Source of the DNA: Octopus vulgaris
Taxonomy: Eukaryota
Direction: 5' to 3'
Length of the DNA: 64,000 nt
Assembly: GCA_951406725.2 (NCBI GenBank)
Contig: OX597831.1
Coordinates: 31,930,001 to 31,994,000, forward strand
Below are positions 1 to 14,100 of this stretch, piece by piece. The first letter of the stretch is position 1. Every line of letters starts with the position of its first letter. The notes beneath the pieces were generated by a model that searched no databases, had not been told where the DNA came from, and saw only the letters and a program-made list of their open reading frames with translations. The translations under genes and the position numbers were made by a program.

Positions 1-324
1 GTTTGTTTTGACACAGTTTCTACAGTTGGATGCCCTTCCTAACACCAACCACTCCGAGAGTGTAATGGATGCTTTTATATGCCACCAGAATGGGAAAATT
101 ATATAATAATAATATAAGTTTGATGGTTATAGTAGTTATTGGTGGCCACAATAAGTATTGCTGACTAAAATAGTTAATATAGCTCTTTGTAGTAGTGACA
201 AAATATATTCAATATTGAGGTTTCTTTTTGGTATCCATTTAATAACTTTTCATTAAAATACTGAGTTAAATATTTCTTTCAGTCAAATAATAAAACATAG
301 GAGTTGGGTGTCCATACACGTTAA

Positions 325-788
325 CTTTTTAGCATTTAAATGGTCACACCTGCCATGTTCAAACTTGCTAGGTCTGGCATCTCACTCCTACCCTACAATG
401 TCATTTTAAAAATAAACAATCACATCATCAAAAGAAGACCCATCAAGCCAAGTAAAATCACAGTTGTGGTAGATACCAATGTCACACAAATTGGCACCCA
501 TGCCAGTGGCATATAAATGTGCCCCGGTGTCATGCAAATGGCACCTGTGCCAGTGGCACATAAAGGCACCCATTACACTCTTGAAGTGGTTGGCGTTAAG
601 AAGGACATCCAGCTGTAGAAAACCATGCCAAATCAGGCTAGAGTCTGGTGCAGCCTTCCAGCTTACCAGCCCTGGTCAAACTGTCCAACCCATGCCAGCG
701 TGGACAATGGATGTGAAATGCTGCTGCTGCTGCTAATGACGATGATGACAAATGTGAATAGATAAAGCATTACATTTGACAGAGTTAA
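325..788. mobile_element. Decayed TTAA-type (piggyBac-like) MITE interrupted by an RTE-tail fragment (~430..750)
   Basis: Same body as 2936..3155; the insert has AGGA..CATCCAGCTGTAGAAA and a GAT-type tail. Confidence 0.65.
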
Positions 789-1268
789 ACATGGCTGTAA
801 AGGTGCATCATTTTTTTGATATCAGATGAAACCTCTCATTTGCATTAACTTTGTATTCTGACACACTGGATGGGGAAGCTGCTTCCATGCTCCCTTAGCT
901 TATAATTAATCACATTACTAGAACCCACAATTATTAGTATGATGATGATTATAATAAACCTCTTTGATTTAAAAAAAAAAAATTTCATTCTTTTGCTATG
1001 TTTTTGCTTTATTGTTGTAAATAAAATCTTCACAAGACAGGAAAATGTTCTTGGCATAAATGATGTGTGACAGTAACTAATCTAAGGAGAGAGAAAGATT
1101 GAAAGTTAAGTGTTAACTATTATGTCAGTCCACCTCCATCAGATAGGATCAACTTTCACTAGAGTTTCTGTGCATGCATATTATAGTTTGTACACACACA
1201 CACACACACATGTAATAGGAAGAGGATATGTATGTGTGTGTGTGTGAGTGTATAAATATGTATATGGT

Positions 1269-1299
<31 letters not shown>

Positions 1300-1860
1300 G
1301 GTCAAGTGTGTATGTATTTAAGGTTGTGTGTCCTTAACATGCATTGTCTGTATGTACATCTAATATTTAGTTTTCATATGTGTGTATCTGTTATATGTGT
1401 ATATTAAGTAATCAACAAAAGTACTTTGTATGTATGTATGTATGTATGTATGTACGTACGTATGTATACATGAACACACACACACACACACATACATACA
1501 CAAATATGCAATCATCATTAATTATAAAAAGAAAGTGTCAGTTTTGACATTTCCTTAATGTTAGAATGGGAGACAAAGTTAATCTAAACCTTATGTCTCT
1601 TCAGTCTTTAACTGGAATCCTTTTACACTGCATCACACTTGACCCCTCATATCATTGGCCATTTCATAGTGCTGGCCCAATGTGGAGTGCTAAAGAAACA
1701 ATATAGGGACAGACTTAAAACCTTACCACATTTTGAGTCCTCTCCTTAAGTTTCCGGTGACAGACTTAAAACCCTGTATTAAAATATTCTTCTTGAGTTT
1801 CTGAATTCTAAATCCACCAGAACTGGTTTTGATTTTCAGCCTACTGTTTCTATAAAACAA

Positions 1861-2095
1861 TACCTATTTCTTTACTGCCCACAAGGGGCTATACACAGAG
1901 GGGACAAACAAGGACAGACAAACGGATTAAGTTGATTATATTGATCCCAGTGCGTAACTGGTACTTAATTTATCGACCCCGAAAGGATGAAAGGCAAAGT
2001 CGACCTGGCGGAATTTGAACTCTGAACGTAACGGCAGACAAAATACGGCTACGCATTTCGCCTGGCGTGTTAACGATTCTGCCAGCTCGCCGCCT
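1861..2095 (-). mobile_element. tRNA-headed SINE, family B (GCCTTTCATCCTTTCGGGGTCGATAAATTAAGTACCAG core)
   Basis: A-box-like AGCTGGCAGAATCG and B-box GAGTTCAAATTCC; near-identical copies at 27078, 36704, 62323. Confidence 0.85.
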
Positions 2096-2149
2096 ATAAC
2101 AATACCAGTTATACATTGATGCCAATTCAATCCAGTATAACCTCATTCT

Positions 2150-2690
2150 CATAAATTACAGATGATCTCTCTTGGTGCTCTTACTTCCACAATATGTGAT
2201 AGCTACATTCCAAAGAATGGCTTTCCAATTTAATGCCAAAAAGTTCTTCAGTTTCTAATCAATAGTTAACTTTTTACAAACATCAAGTGAGACCCAAAAT
2301 GGAAAACTGTTGCCACATCTGGGACAGCACTACTGCTGCTGTTACAGACATTCCAGGCCATAACCAAAAAAAAAAGGGCCAAGTGGCATAAAGTCACTCA
2401 CCAACACACTCCAACCTCCTTTCTACAGATAGGCCAGTTCCTTGTTTTGTAATTTTTTAAATTCTAGTTACAGTGGTTTCCCGGCCTCTAATCACCTATA
2501 TTATGTCTGCAATTCTAGCCTCCTTCTCTAACCATTCTCTCCAAGCCTTCTTTCCCATAACACCAGCTTTCTAGAATTCCCTGCCTTCCCTATGTTCTTG
2601 CTCAAATCATTTACCATAAATCACATCAGTCTCGGAGAGTCTGTAAATGCCATAAGCATGCCTCCTCTCTCCAAATCAAATTTTTAAGAC
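2150..2690 (+). mobile_element. Decayed CR1/Jockey-group LINE RT C-terminal remnant
   Basis: Near 2284 the sequence encodes QVRPKMENCCHIWD; related to 5240..6030. Confidence 0.55.
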
Positions 2691-2935
2691 ACACACACAC
2701 ACAAGTAAAATGTGAGCCCTTCCTGTTTCAAGTTCAAACCTTGCCAAGGTTCACTTTATTTTTCATATTTCCTGAGCAACCAGTCATATTCTAGTGTTGA
2801 TTCAACCCACTATGATACATCTGTGGACATGTCAACTAAAAGAACCAACTAGAATCTGAAATGGAAACCTCTTTGGAAGGATAAATTCCAAGTGGATGAT
2901 CCTTGAAATAAAGCTTTAATATCTATGTTGGTTAA

Positions 2936-3155
2936 CCCATTAGCATTTAAACTGGCCATATCCGGCCAAAATACTCTACCTGTTTTATGCTCAAACTGGA
3001 CAGATCTGGCCTCTCACATCTTCTCTACAATGTCCTTCCAAAAATATACAGTTGCATCATCAAAATGTCAAAGCTATGAGATAATGCATGATTAATTCAT
3101 AACAATGTGAATAAATCATCATTACATTTGACAGAGTAATCTAAATGCTAAAGGG
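2936..3155. mobile_element. piggyBac-like MITE, family E
   Basis: TTAA|CCCATTAGCATTTA ... TAAATGCTAAAGGG|TTAA; TIRs and TTAA TSD. Confidence 0.85.
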
Positions 3156-3190
3156 TTAAGACATTCACACAGAGTAACGGTGTTTGTAGA

Positions 3191-3520
3191 TAGGCATAGG
3201 TGTGGCCATGTGGTAAGAAGTTTGCTTCTCGACCAGATGGTTCCAGGTTCAGTCCCACTGCATGACACCTTGGACGAGTGGCTTTTGCTATAGCCTCAGG
3301 CCAACCAAAGCCTTATGAGTGGATTTAGTAGAAGCCTGTGATAGGCAGGCAAGGACACTGCATGACAACCAGAGTTGGTTTGTTTATGTCTTGGCAAGAG
3401 AAACTGATAGAACAAGTACTGGACTTAAAAAACAAGAACTGGGGTTGAACTATTTGACTAAACCCTTGAAGTCGGTGTCCCTGTATGGCCACAGTCCAGT
3501 GACACAAGTAAAAGATAAAA
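3191..3520 (+). mobile_element. tRNA-headed CORE-like SINE, family C
   Basis: TGGCC..GTGGTAAG A-box, GGTTCAGTCCC B-box, CCTTGG.C.AGT core-like motif, AAGTAAAAGA tail. Confidence 0.75.
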
Positions 3521-5046
3521 GCTAGCAGTAGACTTAATCCGCTGTAGAGTCTAACACCTCCATCTGGTTATTGAGTTCCTTTAGTAGTGTCTACTGAGCT
3601 GAAAGTATTTGGGTCGTCTCTAGCCTGAAAGTACTGCCTCCCTTCCTCTCATCAGTGATAGAGGGTCTCCTCCTTTAAAAAACAGATTGCATGAGAGGAA
3701 AAAAAAAAAGAAAGAAAATATATACACCCTCTAAAATAAAGTGCAATGAATTAATGATTGGCAGAGAGTTTTATATAACAATAATAATAATGAAATTATT
3801 GTGTATAGTGCTCAGGTGCACTCCACCTCATCAAAGGTGTATGTACAGTACATAGAATTATGTACAAAAGTCAGGAAAGTGAACAGTGTATGAGTCATGA
3901 TATACATATGTGCATGCGTATGGAGGTGGGATATGATTTCTCAGACTGACTAGATGAGAGGAGTATAGTTGATTAAACTGACCCCAGTATATCACAGGTA
4001 CTTTTTATTGACTGCTAGAAAGATGAGATTCAAAAAGTAACTCGATTAGGATTTAAATGTAGAGAAACAGTAATGATAACTATATTTAGTCCTGTATTTC
4101 TTCTAACTCATGTCATTCTGCTACCTAAACTAAATTAATAAACCCTTCTTGTATCGGAGGAAGCTAGTCATCATCATCATCATTGTTCGACCGTGGTCGA
4201 GACTTTCATAGTCTTTTCAAATGGCTAATAATGTGTGCGCGCGCCACTACTACACACATTGGAAAGCATTGTACAACCAAGTACTAAAGAAGATCTTTCC
4301 TCCTCCATGAAACAAAGCTGTTCCCGCTGGATGTCAACCCAGTATTTCTAAGCTACGGACCCAGTGATTTATTATAAGGTTATCTCCCTAGATAGATTGC
4401 CTTCACTACGGCTAAGGAGCCCTTTCTACCCCAGTAGTCAACTATCTCCCCACCTCCTAATGTTCAACCGGTATTTAATTTATCGACTCCCAAAAGGATG
4501 AAAAATAATGTTGACCTCAGCAGAATTTGAACTCACAAAGACAGATGAAAGACTGCTAAGCATTCTGCCCAGTATGCTAACGATTCTGCCAGATTGCTGC
4601 ATTTAACTAGATTAACAATAATAATAACCCTTTCTACTATAGACACAAAGTCTGAAGTTTTGATGGAGGGAGGGTTTATTGATTATGTGTCCCCTAGTGC
4701 TCAACTGGTACATATTTTACTGATCTCGAAAAGATGAAAAGCATAGTCAGCCTTGACAGAATTTGAACCCAGAATGTAAAGATCCAGAAAATGCTATGAT
4801 ATCAATCCTACCAGCTCACCATGTTAATAATAATTGTTTATACTACAGGCCCAAGGCCTGAAATTTGGGGGAAAGGCTAGTTGATTACATCAACCCCAGT
4901 GAATAACTGGTATTTATTTTATCCACCCTGAAAGAAAGAAAAGCAAAATCAATCATTTTAATAATAGTGAGGGCAACTGAAATGATTTAACACTGATCTT
5001 AAATGGTTTGCTTTGAATTGATTTTTTTTTTTTTTAAATATTTCAG

Positions 5047-5135
5047 GTTACTCAATAACAAGTGGCAGGTACTTCAACAAGCAAGTACATACAGTTGTGG
5101 GAGCCCCTGGCATTTCAACCAGTGGGCTTGGAAAG
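5047..5135 (+). CDS. Integrin alpha exon, FG-GAP blade 4 ([30 protein letters not shown])
   Basis: Poly-T tract then tttcag acceptor, AAG|gtaag donor, GYS...VVGAP motif; starts phase 1, ends phase 0. Confidence 0.9.
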
Positions 5136-6922
5136 GTAAGGCTTATGAAATGCGTTCGGGAGAAAATTCCACAAAGCTGTTGGAAGACATCTTTTTTTCA
5201 TTTTATTTGTATGAGTTTGGTGGAATAGAGGAAGGTATTATGTTAGGGCCTTTACAAACCCTCAGAGTTTGATGGAACTGATGCTATTAAGGTTCTGTTA
5301 AAATTGTTGCAAGTCAATGTCTGTCGCAAAGACATGTACAGGGAGGAAATTCCAGAAGGATCCAGTTCTGGGAAGATAAGATTGGACAAAGTGATTATTA
5401 CAGGGCTTGAGAAATTGGCCCTGTGATAATAGATTTCATCCAAGACCTGAGAAGTTAGAAACAACATGGATGGTAATAGAAGTGGGTAAAGAGTATCTGA
5501 ATGAAAGGAGGATAATACCAGTCAGCTTTGAGAAGCAGAGGCCATTACAGTAGTGGTAGAATAGGCAGAGGGAGGTGGCAATACATCTGCAGACTAGAAG
5601 TTGGAGTATGTTTATGGGTGACTTCATGCCAATCAGTCGAATGGCCCTTCTCTAAATGTAGTCTAGGATAGCTGTGTGTGCAGTAGCAGCACCATCTCAG
5701 ACATGGAAGGCACACTCCTTCCGCTGTGGGTCTCACTTGGTGCAAACAGTTTAAAGTGACAAACTATTGAACCTCTGTGACAGTCATATCAGTGTGGGAA
5801 GAGTGAGAGGGTCAAGAGGTGTTGTGTGTGTATGTAGGAGTCACAGAACAGTTGTGTGTGTATGTAGGAGTCACAGAGAAGTTGTGTGTGTATGTAGGAG
5901 TCACAGAGGAGGAGGACTCCAGAGTGAGACAAATGTCATTAATGCAGGATAGGCAGTAGTTAAACAGCTTGGTATTTAGAGGAATTTGGAGAGTATAGGA
6001 GAGACAACATGAATTTAGACAGGGCAAAAAGAGACTTTAATCCAATGTAACAGAACCATTTGTTACTGAGAGATAAAGAAATGAAAATGGGTTCTACATA
6101 AGTACACATCATTACCTTTCTCAATGATATTGTTCATCAAATATGTAAGTTTCTTGTTATCATCAGCTTTATGTTTATTTTTTTTCCATACTTGCATGCT
6201 TCCATAGCTGTATGTGTCTTCAACATGGTCCTATCACTTGTATTCCCATGTCATTTCCTTTATGAGGTTCAGCTTTCTGAGATCACCATTTCTGCTCATG
6301 ACTCCCTCTTCCACCGGTTTCATCCACAAGAATTTCTTGACACTTCTTCATCCATATTTATTACATGTACATACCAAGATAACCATCTCTTGCACACTAC
6401 AAACCAATTCTTCTTACATCAAGTTTTATATATATATACATACATATACATACACACACACACATATATGTGCAATGATTATAATGATAGATAATACAAA
6501 GACTGGTACATCCTCAAAATTTATTACCTTTTATTTTACAATTTGTCATACAAAATCTATGAAATAAAAGGAAATAAATTTGAGAGTGTACCAGTCTCTG
6601 TATTCCCTACCATTATAAGTATTGCAAATATACACTCCAGATAATATTACAATTCAGTGAACTGAACACAGAATTACGCATCGGAGGAATAACAGCGTGA
6701 GTGAAAACACCAAGTAGTCATAGACGTTAAATACTAATTGATGTGGTTAGCCATAACCTGGAACATAACCAAGAGCTACCATGGTATCTGCCTGGATAAT
6801 ATATCCCATTAAATTCACATTAATATATATATATATATAATAATTATTACCTTTGAATGTTTTTATTTCCATGCTGGCCACTTGATAAGATCATTATTTA
6901 ATTTAAATTAACGATCTTATCC

Positions 6923-6998
<76 letters not shown>

Positions 6999-9354
6999 TC
7001 ATCATCATCATCATCATTTAGCGTCCGCTTTCCATGCTAGCATGGGTTGGACGGTTCAACTGGGGTTTGTGAAGCCAGAAGGCTGCATCAGGCCCAGTCT
7101 GATCTGGCAGTGTTTCTACAGTTGGATGCCCTTCCTAACGCCAACCACTCCGTGAGTGTAGTGGGTGCTTTTTACGTGCCACCCGCACAGGTGCCAGACG
7201 GAGCTGGCAAACGGCCACGGACGGATGGTGCTTTTTACGTGCCACCGGCACGGGGGCCAGGCGAGGCTGGCAACGGCCACGAACGGATGGTGCTTTTTAC
7301 ATATATATATATATATATATATGATCGATGCCCCTACCCCGACTGGCTCCTGTGATAGTAGCATGTAAAAAGCACCATCTGAATGTGGCCAATGCCAGTG
7401 CTGTCTGACTGGCTTCTGTACTGGTGGCACATAAAAAGCACCCACTACACTCACGGACTGGTTGGTGTTAGGAAGGGCTTCTGGCTGTAGAAACATTGCC
7501 AGATCAGATTGGAGCTTGGTGAGGCCTCCTGGCTTGCCAGTCCCCAGCCAAACTGTTCAACCCAAGCCAGCATGGAAAACAGACATTAAACGATGATGAT
7601 GATGGGTAAGTCAGATGGGGTGGTAATCTTCAACTGATAGTAAGAAGTGATTCTCTAACAGGAGACATGATTTGCTCAAAAGCTCACAACAAAATGAACT
7701 CCAAAAATGGAATCTAATGGCCAAGTGTAGTGTTAAACTTGGAAATGGGTGAAGTCCACCACCGAAAGTGACCTTTCTTACTGAAACAATGTTTTGAAGC
7801 AAACCTCTTTAACCACTCAGGCATACCTGGATCTCTCTCTCACTCTCTGTCCCCATGTGATGCTGCTAGGTGAGATGTAGCCTAGGGAACTGCAAATGAC
7901 TGTCGAATGTAAAGCTTATTCATTAACATAGTTTTGAGTTTATTCTGCCTTATCTTGTAGCCTTGAGATTTCAATTAGGTGATTGCTGATTTTTAGAGAG
8001 GCTGAAATCTGGCCAGTTTGAACATAAAACAGGCAGAATATGTTGGCTGCATTTGGTCAGTTTAAACACTAAAGGGTTAAGGTGTGTATATGGAAGGGAA
8101 AGAGAGATATGGCTTAATAGATAACCAAAGGTGAACAGGTACATCCTAGAGACGTTGCATGCTATCATTTCAAGGAGACAGACATTAGGAAATAATTTTG
8201 AGTGTTGCTCATAAAGAGCATATGGCACTGATATGAATTATATTCTAGAAGCTTGTTAGCATCTCATCTTCCATTCAGTACTTGATGGAGCAGCATTTTC
8301 TTTGGCATTTATAAACTATTTGTCTGCTTGCTCACATTATAAAATGCTTACCTTTTGTTTATCAGGCACACGCTTATGATGAACAGGCAGCATGCACACA
8401 CACACACACACACACACAAAGCTGAGGTTTAAGTAACAACAACAAGTCTGATGTTAACACTAATAAATAACACCCGTGGAATGTTCTGTTTTGACATAGA
8501 CACTTTAATCTACATTAACAGTTGCAGAAGTTTCCTGTAGTCAAGGGGGTCTGTTTGCTTTACATGTGGATGAGTGGGGTGGGGGTAAAAGGTATCTTGT
8601 CTTTCTTACTCCCTTTTGCTGTGACATCAACACCTTCTCCACCACTGTAACTCCCACCACCATCCCCACCATCAACAGTTCATTTTAAAATGAATTGTTG
8701 AGTCTTACTTTCTGTTTTAAATAGTTCTTTTTATTTTTATGAAATAGTTATTTCAGCTGGTCTGGTATTTATGACAGAAGTAAGAGTCACAGAGTTAAAT
8801 ACATTCTTCTACAGACTTTTACTTAAACTTTTACACCAATCACTAAAAGACCATGTGAGGTTCAGACACTACAAAAGATGACTAAGACCCACCCTGATCA
8901 TAAATTATGACTTTTTTTCAATTAAGGGATACATGTTCACTGTAGAGGTTATAATTACGAAATTATTTAGAACAAGGTAAACTAAAGTTAAATATACTTT
9001 CTTATATAGAATTACTCCATGGAATCTGCAACATGATAATACACAATTTTCTAGAATATCAATTACTGAGGCTTCAACTTAAGGGGTGGGGTAGAGGATT
9101 TAGGGGTAGAGGGAATTAGGTTAAGATCAGTAATTTATGAGTCCTTTACTTTGTACTCTTTTAGGGTTGATCAAATATAAAGGTGCAGGTATGGTTAAAG
9201 GCACAGGAATGTGTGTGTGGTTAAGAAGTTCACTTCCCAGTCACATGGTTTCAGGTTCAGTCCCACTGCACAGCACCATGAGCAAATGTCTTCCACTATC
9301 ACCCTGAGTTGACCAAAGTCTTATGGATGAATTTGGTGGACAGACACTGTACGT

Positions 9355-9394
<40 letters not shown>

Positions 9395-11128
9395 ATAGTG
9401 ACGCATATTTGCCATTTGAATATGGCTAACCCCTAAGGGTGGATGCTACTGTAGTTTGTAGCCCCAGGAAGATATCTCCTCCAGCTGGCTATTGACACAC
9501 TATCTGTGTCCTCTCAGTATTTGTGAAGGGGAGTCATCCTCCCCGTCTTCAACTCATTATCCTGTGAAAAGAACTGTCTATCTGAGGTTACATAACTTAA
9601 TAGGAAGACAAACAATTTAAATGAAGCAATATCAAAAATAATGCCACTAAGGGTTTTGTCTGGCATGCTAACGATTCTGTGGGTAATTTAGTAATAGTAG
9701 TAGTAGTAGTAGTAGCAGCAGCAGTTGTAGTAGTAGTTTCAGATTTTGGCAGAAGACCAGCAATTTCAAGGAATGGAAAGGGTTAAAATAATTAAGTCTG
9801 CCCCAGTTTTTAACTGGTACTTATTTTATCGACCCTAAAAAAGTTGACCTCAGAGGAATTTGAACTAAGAACATAAAAGATGGATGATATTCTAAGTATT
9901 TTATCTGGCAGGCTAATGGTTCTGCCACCTTGCCACCTTAATATTTCCTTACACAAAACACAGCTGCAGTAAGTAAAGCATTAAAATTGATTCTTAGTTA
10001 TCATTACCGTTGTTTTTTTATTTTTTCAGATTTATTTCTACTCTGGTGGCACTTTGTTCCAATATTATAAAGGTACACAAGTAAGTAATAAGTACATATT
10101 ATTTCTTTCCCATTCGTGTTCTTCTCGTTGAGTAACTTTGGTCAGTTATGTTCAACCAGACTTTAATGATTTGGAGGCAACCAATTAAAATGTTTAGGAA
10201 ATATATATATATATGTGTGTGGTTGTGTGGTAAGTAGCTTGCTTACCAACCACATGGTTCTGGGTTCAGTCCCACTGTGTGGCACTTTGGGTAAGTGTCT
10301 TCTCCTATAGCCTCGGGCCAACCAAAGCCTTGTAAGTGGATTTTGCAGACGGAAACTGAAAGAAGCATGTCATATATATATATATTTCATGTGCCACTTG
10401 CACAGGACTAGCTCCTGTGCAGGTGGCATGTAAAAAACACCATTTGAGCATGACCGTTGCCCGTACCGCCTGAATGGCCCCCGTGCCGGTGGCACATAAA
10501 AGCACCCTCTACACTCTCAGAGTGGTTGGCATTAGGAAGGGCATCCAGCTGTAGAAACTCTGCCAGATCGGATTGGAGCCTGGTGCAGCCATCTGGTTCG
10601 CCAGTCCTCAGTCAAATCGTCCAAACCATGGAAAGCGGATGTTAAACGATGATGATGATGATATATGTGTATGTATGTATGTGTTTGTCTGCCTGTGTTT
10701 GTCCCCTCTACCATCACATGACAACAGATGTTGGTGTGTTTATGTCCCCGTAACTTAGCGGTTCAGCAAAGGTGACCAATAGAATAAGTACTAGGCTTAC
10801 AAAGAATATGTCCTGAGGTCGATCTGTTCGACAAAAGGTGGTGCTCCAACATGGCCACAGTCAAATGACGGAAACAAATAAAAAAGAAAAAAAAGAATAT
10901 ATATAAATCTTTATTACCCTAGATCTATATATATCATATATGTGTGTGTGTGTGTCATTTACTCTGGATCTATGGTGTTTTGCTTTTAGTTAGCATTTGA
11001 ATTTTACTACTGACCATTCCATGTTTATTGTTGTTGTTAACATGTTTCGGTTGATATATCCTCTAGCCTTCATCAGGTGTCTTGGGGAAATTTCGAACCT
11101 GGGTTCTTATTCCTAAGGTATTTTTCGA

Positions 11129-11170
<42 letters not shown>

Positions 11171-14100
11171 GTAAATAATGTACATAATTCCTCATCTCTT
11201 AAATATAGAACAAAACTTGTTCTTACGGAAATTTATTGAGGATGAATCAACTATTTAATCTAGCAGATCAACTGATATTCTAGTCTGAAAGATCCATTGT
11301 ACTTCTCTAGTTCTTCTCAGATTTGCAGTAGTAGACTATACTTTGCTGACAAGGTCTAGTAAGGCCAAAACATATCTAGAGTTGTCCCCCTTACAGCTAA
11401 AAATCAGATACACACCCCATTCCATTTCATATTAAATTTTAATGAAATATTTCAGTGTTTCTGTTTTTTAAACTAAAATAAGTCATTTCGAAAATGATTG
11501 AAATTAATTACTTGGTATATTTATTAAAGAAGTGTGCAAGCAACCACTTTACCATTCAATCTTTAAAAGTTGTTTAACCCCAAGTTGGCCTGGTCAGATA
11601 GATTTATGAAAATACCATCCCTGACAGTTTCATTCAGTTTGTCTAGAACAATACATCCTTCCCTTTTTAAGACAGTATGGTATGATTGGTGGAGGCATGT
11701 AGCTGAGTGGTTAGGCTGTCAGCATCATGATCATAAGATTGTGGTTTCAATTCCTGGACCGGGCGACGTGTTGTGTTCTTGAGCAAAACATTTCCTTTCA
11801 TGTTGCTCCAGTTCACTCAGCTGGCAAAAATGAGTAACGCTGCGATGAACTGGCGTCCCGTCCAGCTGGGGAACACATATGCTATTGAAACCGGGAAACT
11901 GGGCTCATGAGCCTGGCTAGGCTTTAAAAGGGTGCAAGTGGAGGTGCAACGGCCCAGTGGTTAGGGCAGCAAACTCACGGTTGGAGGATTGTGGTTTCGA
12001 TTCCCAAACCGGGCGTTGAGCAAAAACACCTAAAGCTCCACAAGGCTCTGGCAGGGGGTGGTGGCAACCCCTGTTGAACTCTTTCGCTCCAACTTTCTCT
12101 TACTCTTTCTTCCTGTTTCTTGAGTAACGCTGTGATGGACTGGCATCCTGTCCAGCTGGGGGGAACACATACGTCACAGAAACTGGGAAACCAGGCCCAT
12201 GAACCTGGCTAGGCTTAAAAAGGGCGCATAAATAAAAAAAATAAATAAAATGGTATGATTGAGGATATTTGACTATTTTTTGCAGATTTAGCTTTATTTT
12301 ATGTGTTGTAGGTTATCAAAACTTCCAAAATGCATAGAATTTTTTTTTTTTTGATAACTTATTTCTTTACATTTCAGTTTGGAAGTGGTTTTGGGTCAAG
12401 CTTGCTCACAGCAGATGTTACAGGAGATGGCAATGATGATTTAATTGTAGGAGCACCATACCAGTACAGTATAAAGAACGAGGGTCATGTACATGTTTTT
12501 ATCAGCACTGGTTGGGTAAGATTATCAGCATTTTTCTAAAGATCTCAGTCACATGACCCACATTCAATAAATCAAAGAATGATTTTATTTTTGTTATAAC
12601 TCAGTAAGTTTATGAAGGGGTGCAAAAAGTTCCTGGCTTTAAGGATATTGCGGAAGGCCTGGTTGGAGGCTGAACCTTCCAAGTTCTTTTACAGGGCTTA
12701 GAAAAGCTGAAGGACCACTGAATTAAGTGTATGAATCTGAGAGGGGAATATGTTAAATAAAATCATAATCAACTGATCTTCCTGTATTTTCTTTTATCCA
12801 AAGCTAGGAACTTTTCAGCAACCCCTTGTATATGTTAAGCTTACTGTGTCATATTGGTCTGGCTATGAATTTAATCCTTTTGATACAAACCCTGAGACTA
12901 CTCTTTGTTCTAATACAAATTTCTGTTTTAAAGTAATTTAAATTGTGATATATAAGTAGAGGTTATACTGAAGATGATGATGACAACATTGTTAATGTCT
13001 GAAGCATCATCTCATACTCACACCACACTCTTAACCCTTTCGTTATTATATTTCTGACCAAAATACACCCCTTATGTGTTTCAATTAATTTCTAATGTAA
13101 TCATAAATTTAGTCTGGTTTCATTAAACAACTATAACTTTTTTATTTATCAATATATTAACATGAATTTTGGAAGATAATTTAATGAAATGTTCTCAACC
13201 AATTCTATACTATAATTTTTGTCACAAAGTGACTCTAATTGCAGGTAGATACAGGTAAATTCAACAAAATATAAAATTATTAAAATTTTGTTCAAACATT
13301 GCTATAGAAAATGGGTTATTAGCTAATATTCAATTGGGTATACAACAAAATTTTATGATAGAATTTGTTATTCTGGGTAACTTTCTGATACCCATAATAA
13401 TATTTATGGCAAAATAGTCTTAATTTCATTTAAGGTTGTGGGAAATAACAAACTATCCTTTCTTTCGCTTTGTTTACGTTTAGCGTAACGGTTCATTTCC
13501 GGCGTAATGATTTCAAATAGGCTCATTCGAAAAAGTAAAAAGAAATAGTCTAAGGCTTTACTCTTCTGGGAAAGTCTGGCTTGGTCCAGTTTCTTCAGAA
13601 AAATCACCGAAAGAAACAGTTTTTAAATTTTCACTCCATTCAGGTGCCAATTCATTTTCTTTATCGCTGTCGGAGCTCTCGGATTCACTGTTTTCACTTT
13701 CGGAAAATGAAACATCGGATTCATTATCAAATACCTCGTGCTTTTTTTTTTTTCAGTCATAGAGTTAGATTTATGAAGGTCTTCAGTAGAAAATCCTTCG
13801 AATTCTGACTCGCTGTTTGATATAATGAAATTCGTATCCATTTTTTGTCAGAATTACAAATTTTGAAAACACAATAGGAACAAATTTTGGAAAAAAATCT
13901 CCCAAAATTCACGCAATTAAAATTACACTTCGATTTTTGTACAAAACTGTAGTCGAACTGTTTACGAAGTGTAATACGTGTTTTCATGAATGTACTAAAG
14001 AGATTTGCTCTGATATTCTCATTTAAATATGAATAGGTAAATTCGGGCGGTTTTGGGTGGCTTGGTCACATTAACCAAAATTTTTTTCGGGCGGTTTGGT

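Noticed and set aside
1-5046. Further upstream integrin exon
   Set aside because: No splice-bounded segment with FG-GAP similarity ending in phase 1 was found; region is mostly repeats.
7047-7496. Recurrent ORFs with [20 protein letters not shown] (also 17005, 27731, 30839, 37837, 58673)
   Set aside because: Antisense translations of the non-coding RTE 3' UTR, not a gene family.
9377-9592. Possible short solo LTR (GTGACG...GTTACA)
   Set aside because: 5' end is not a clean TG match and no TSD was found.
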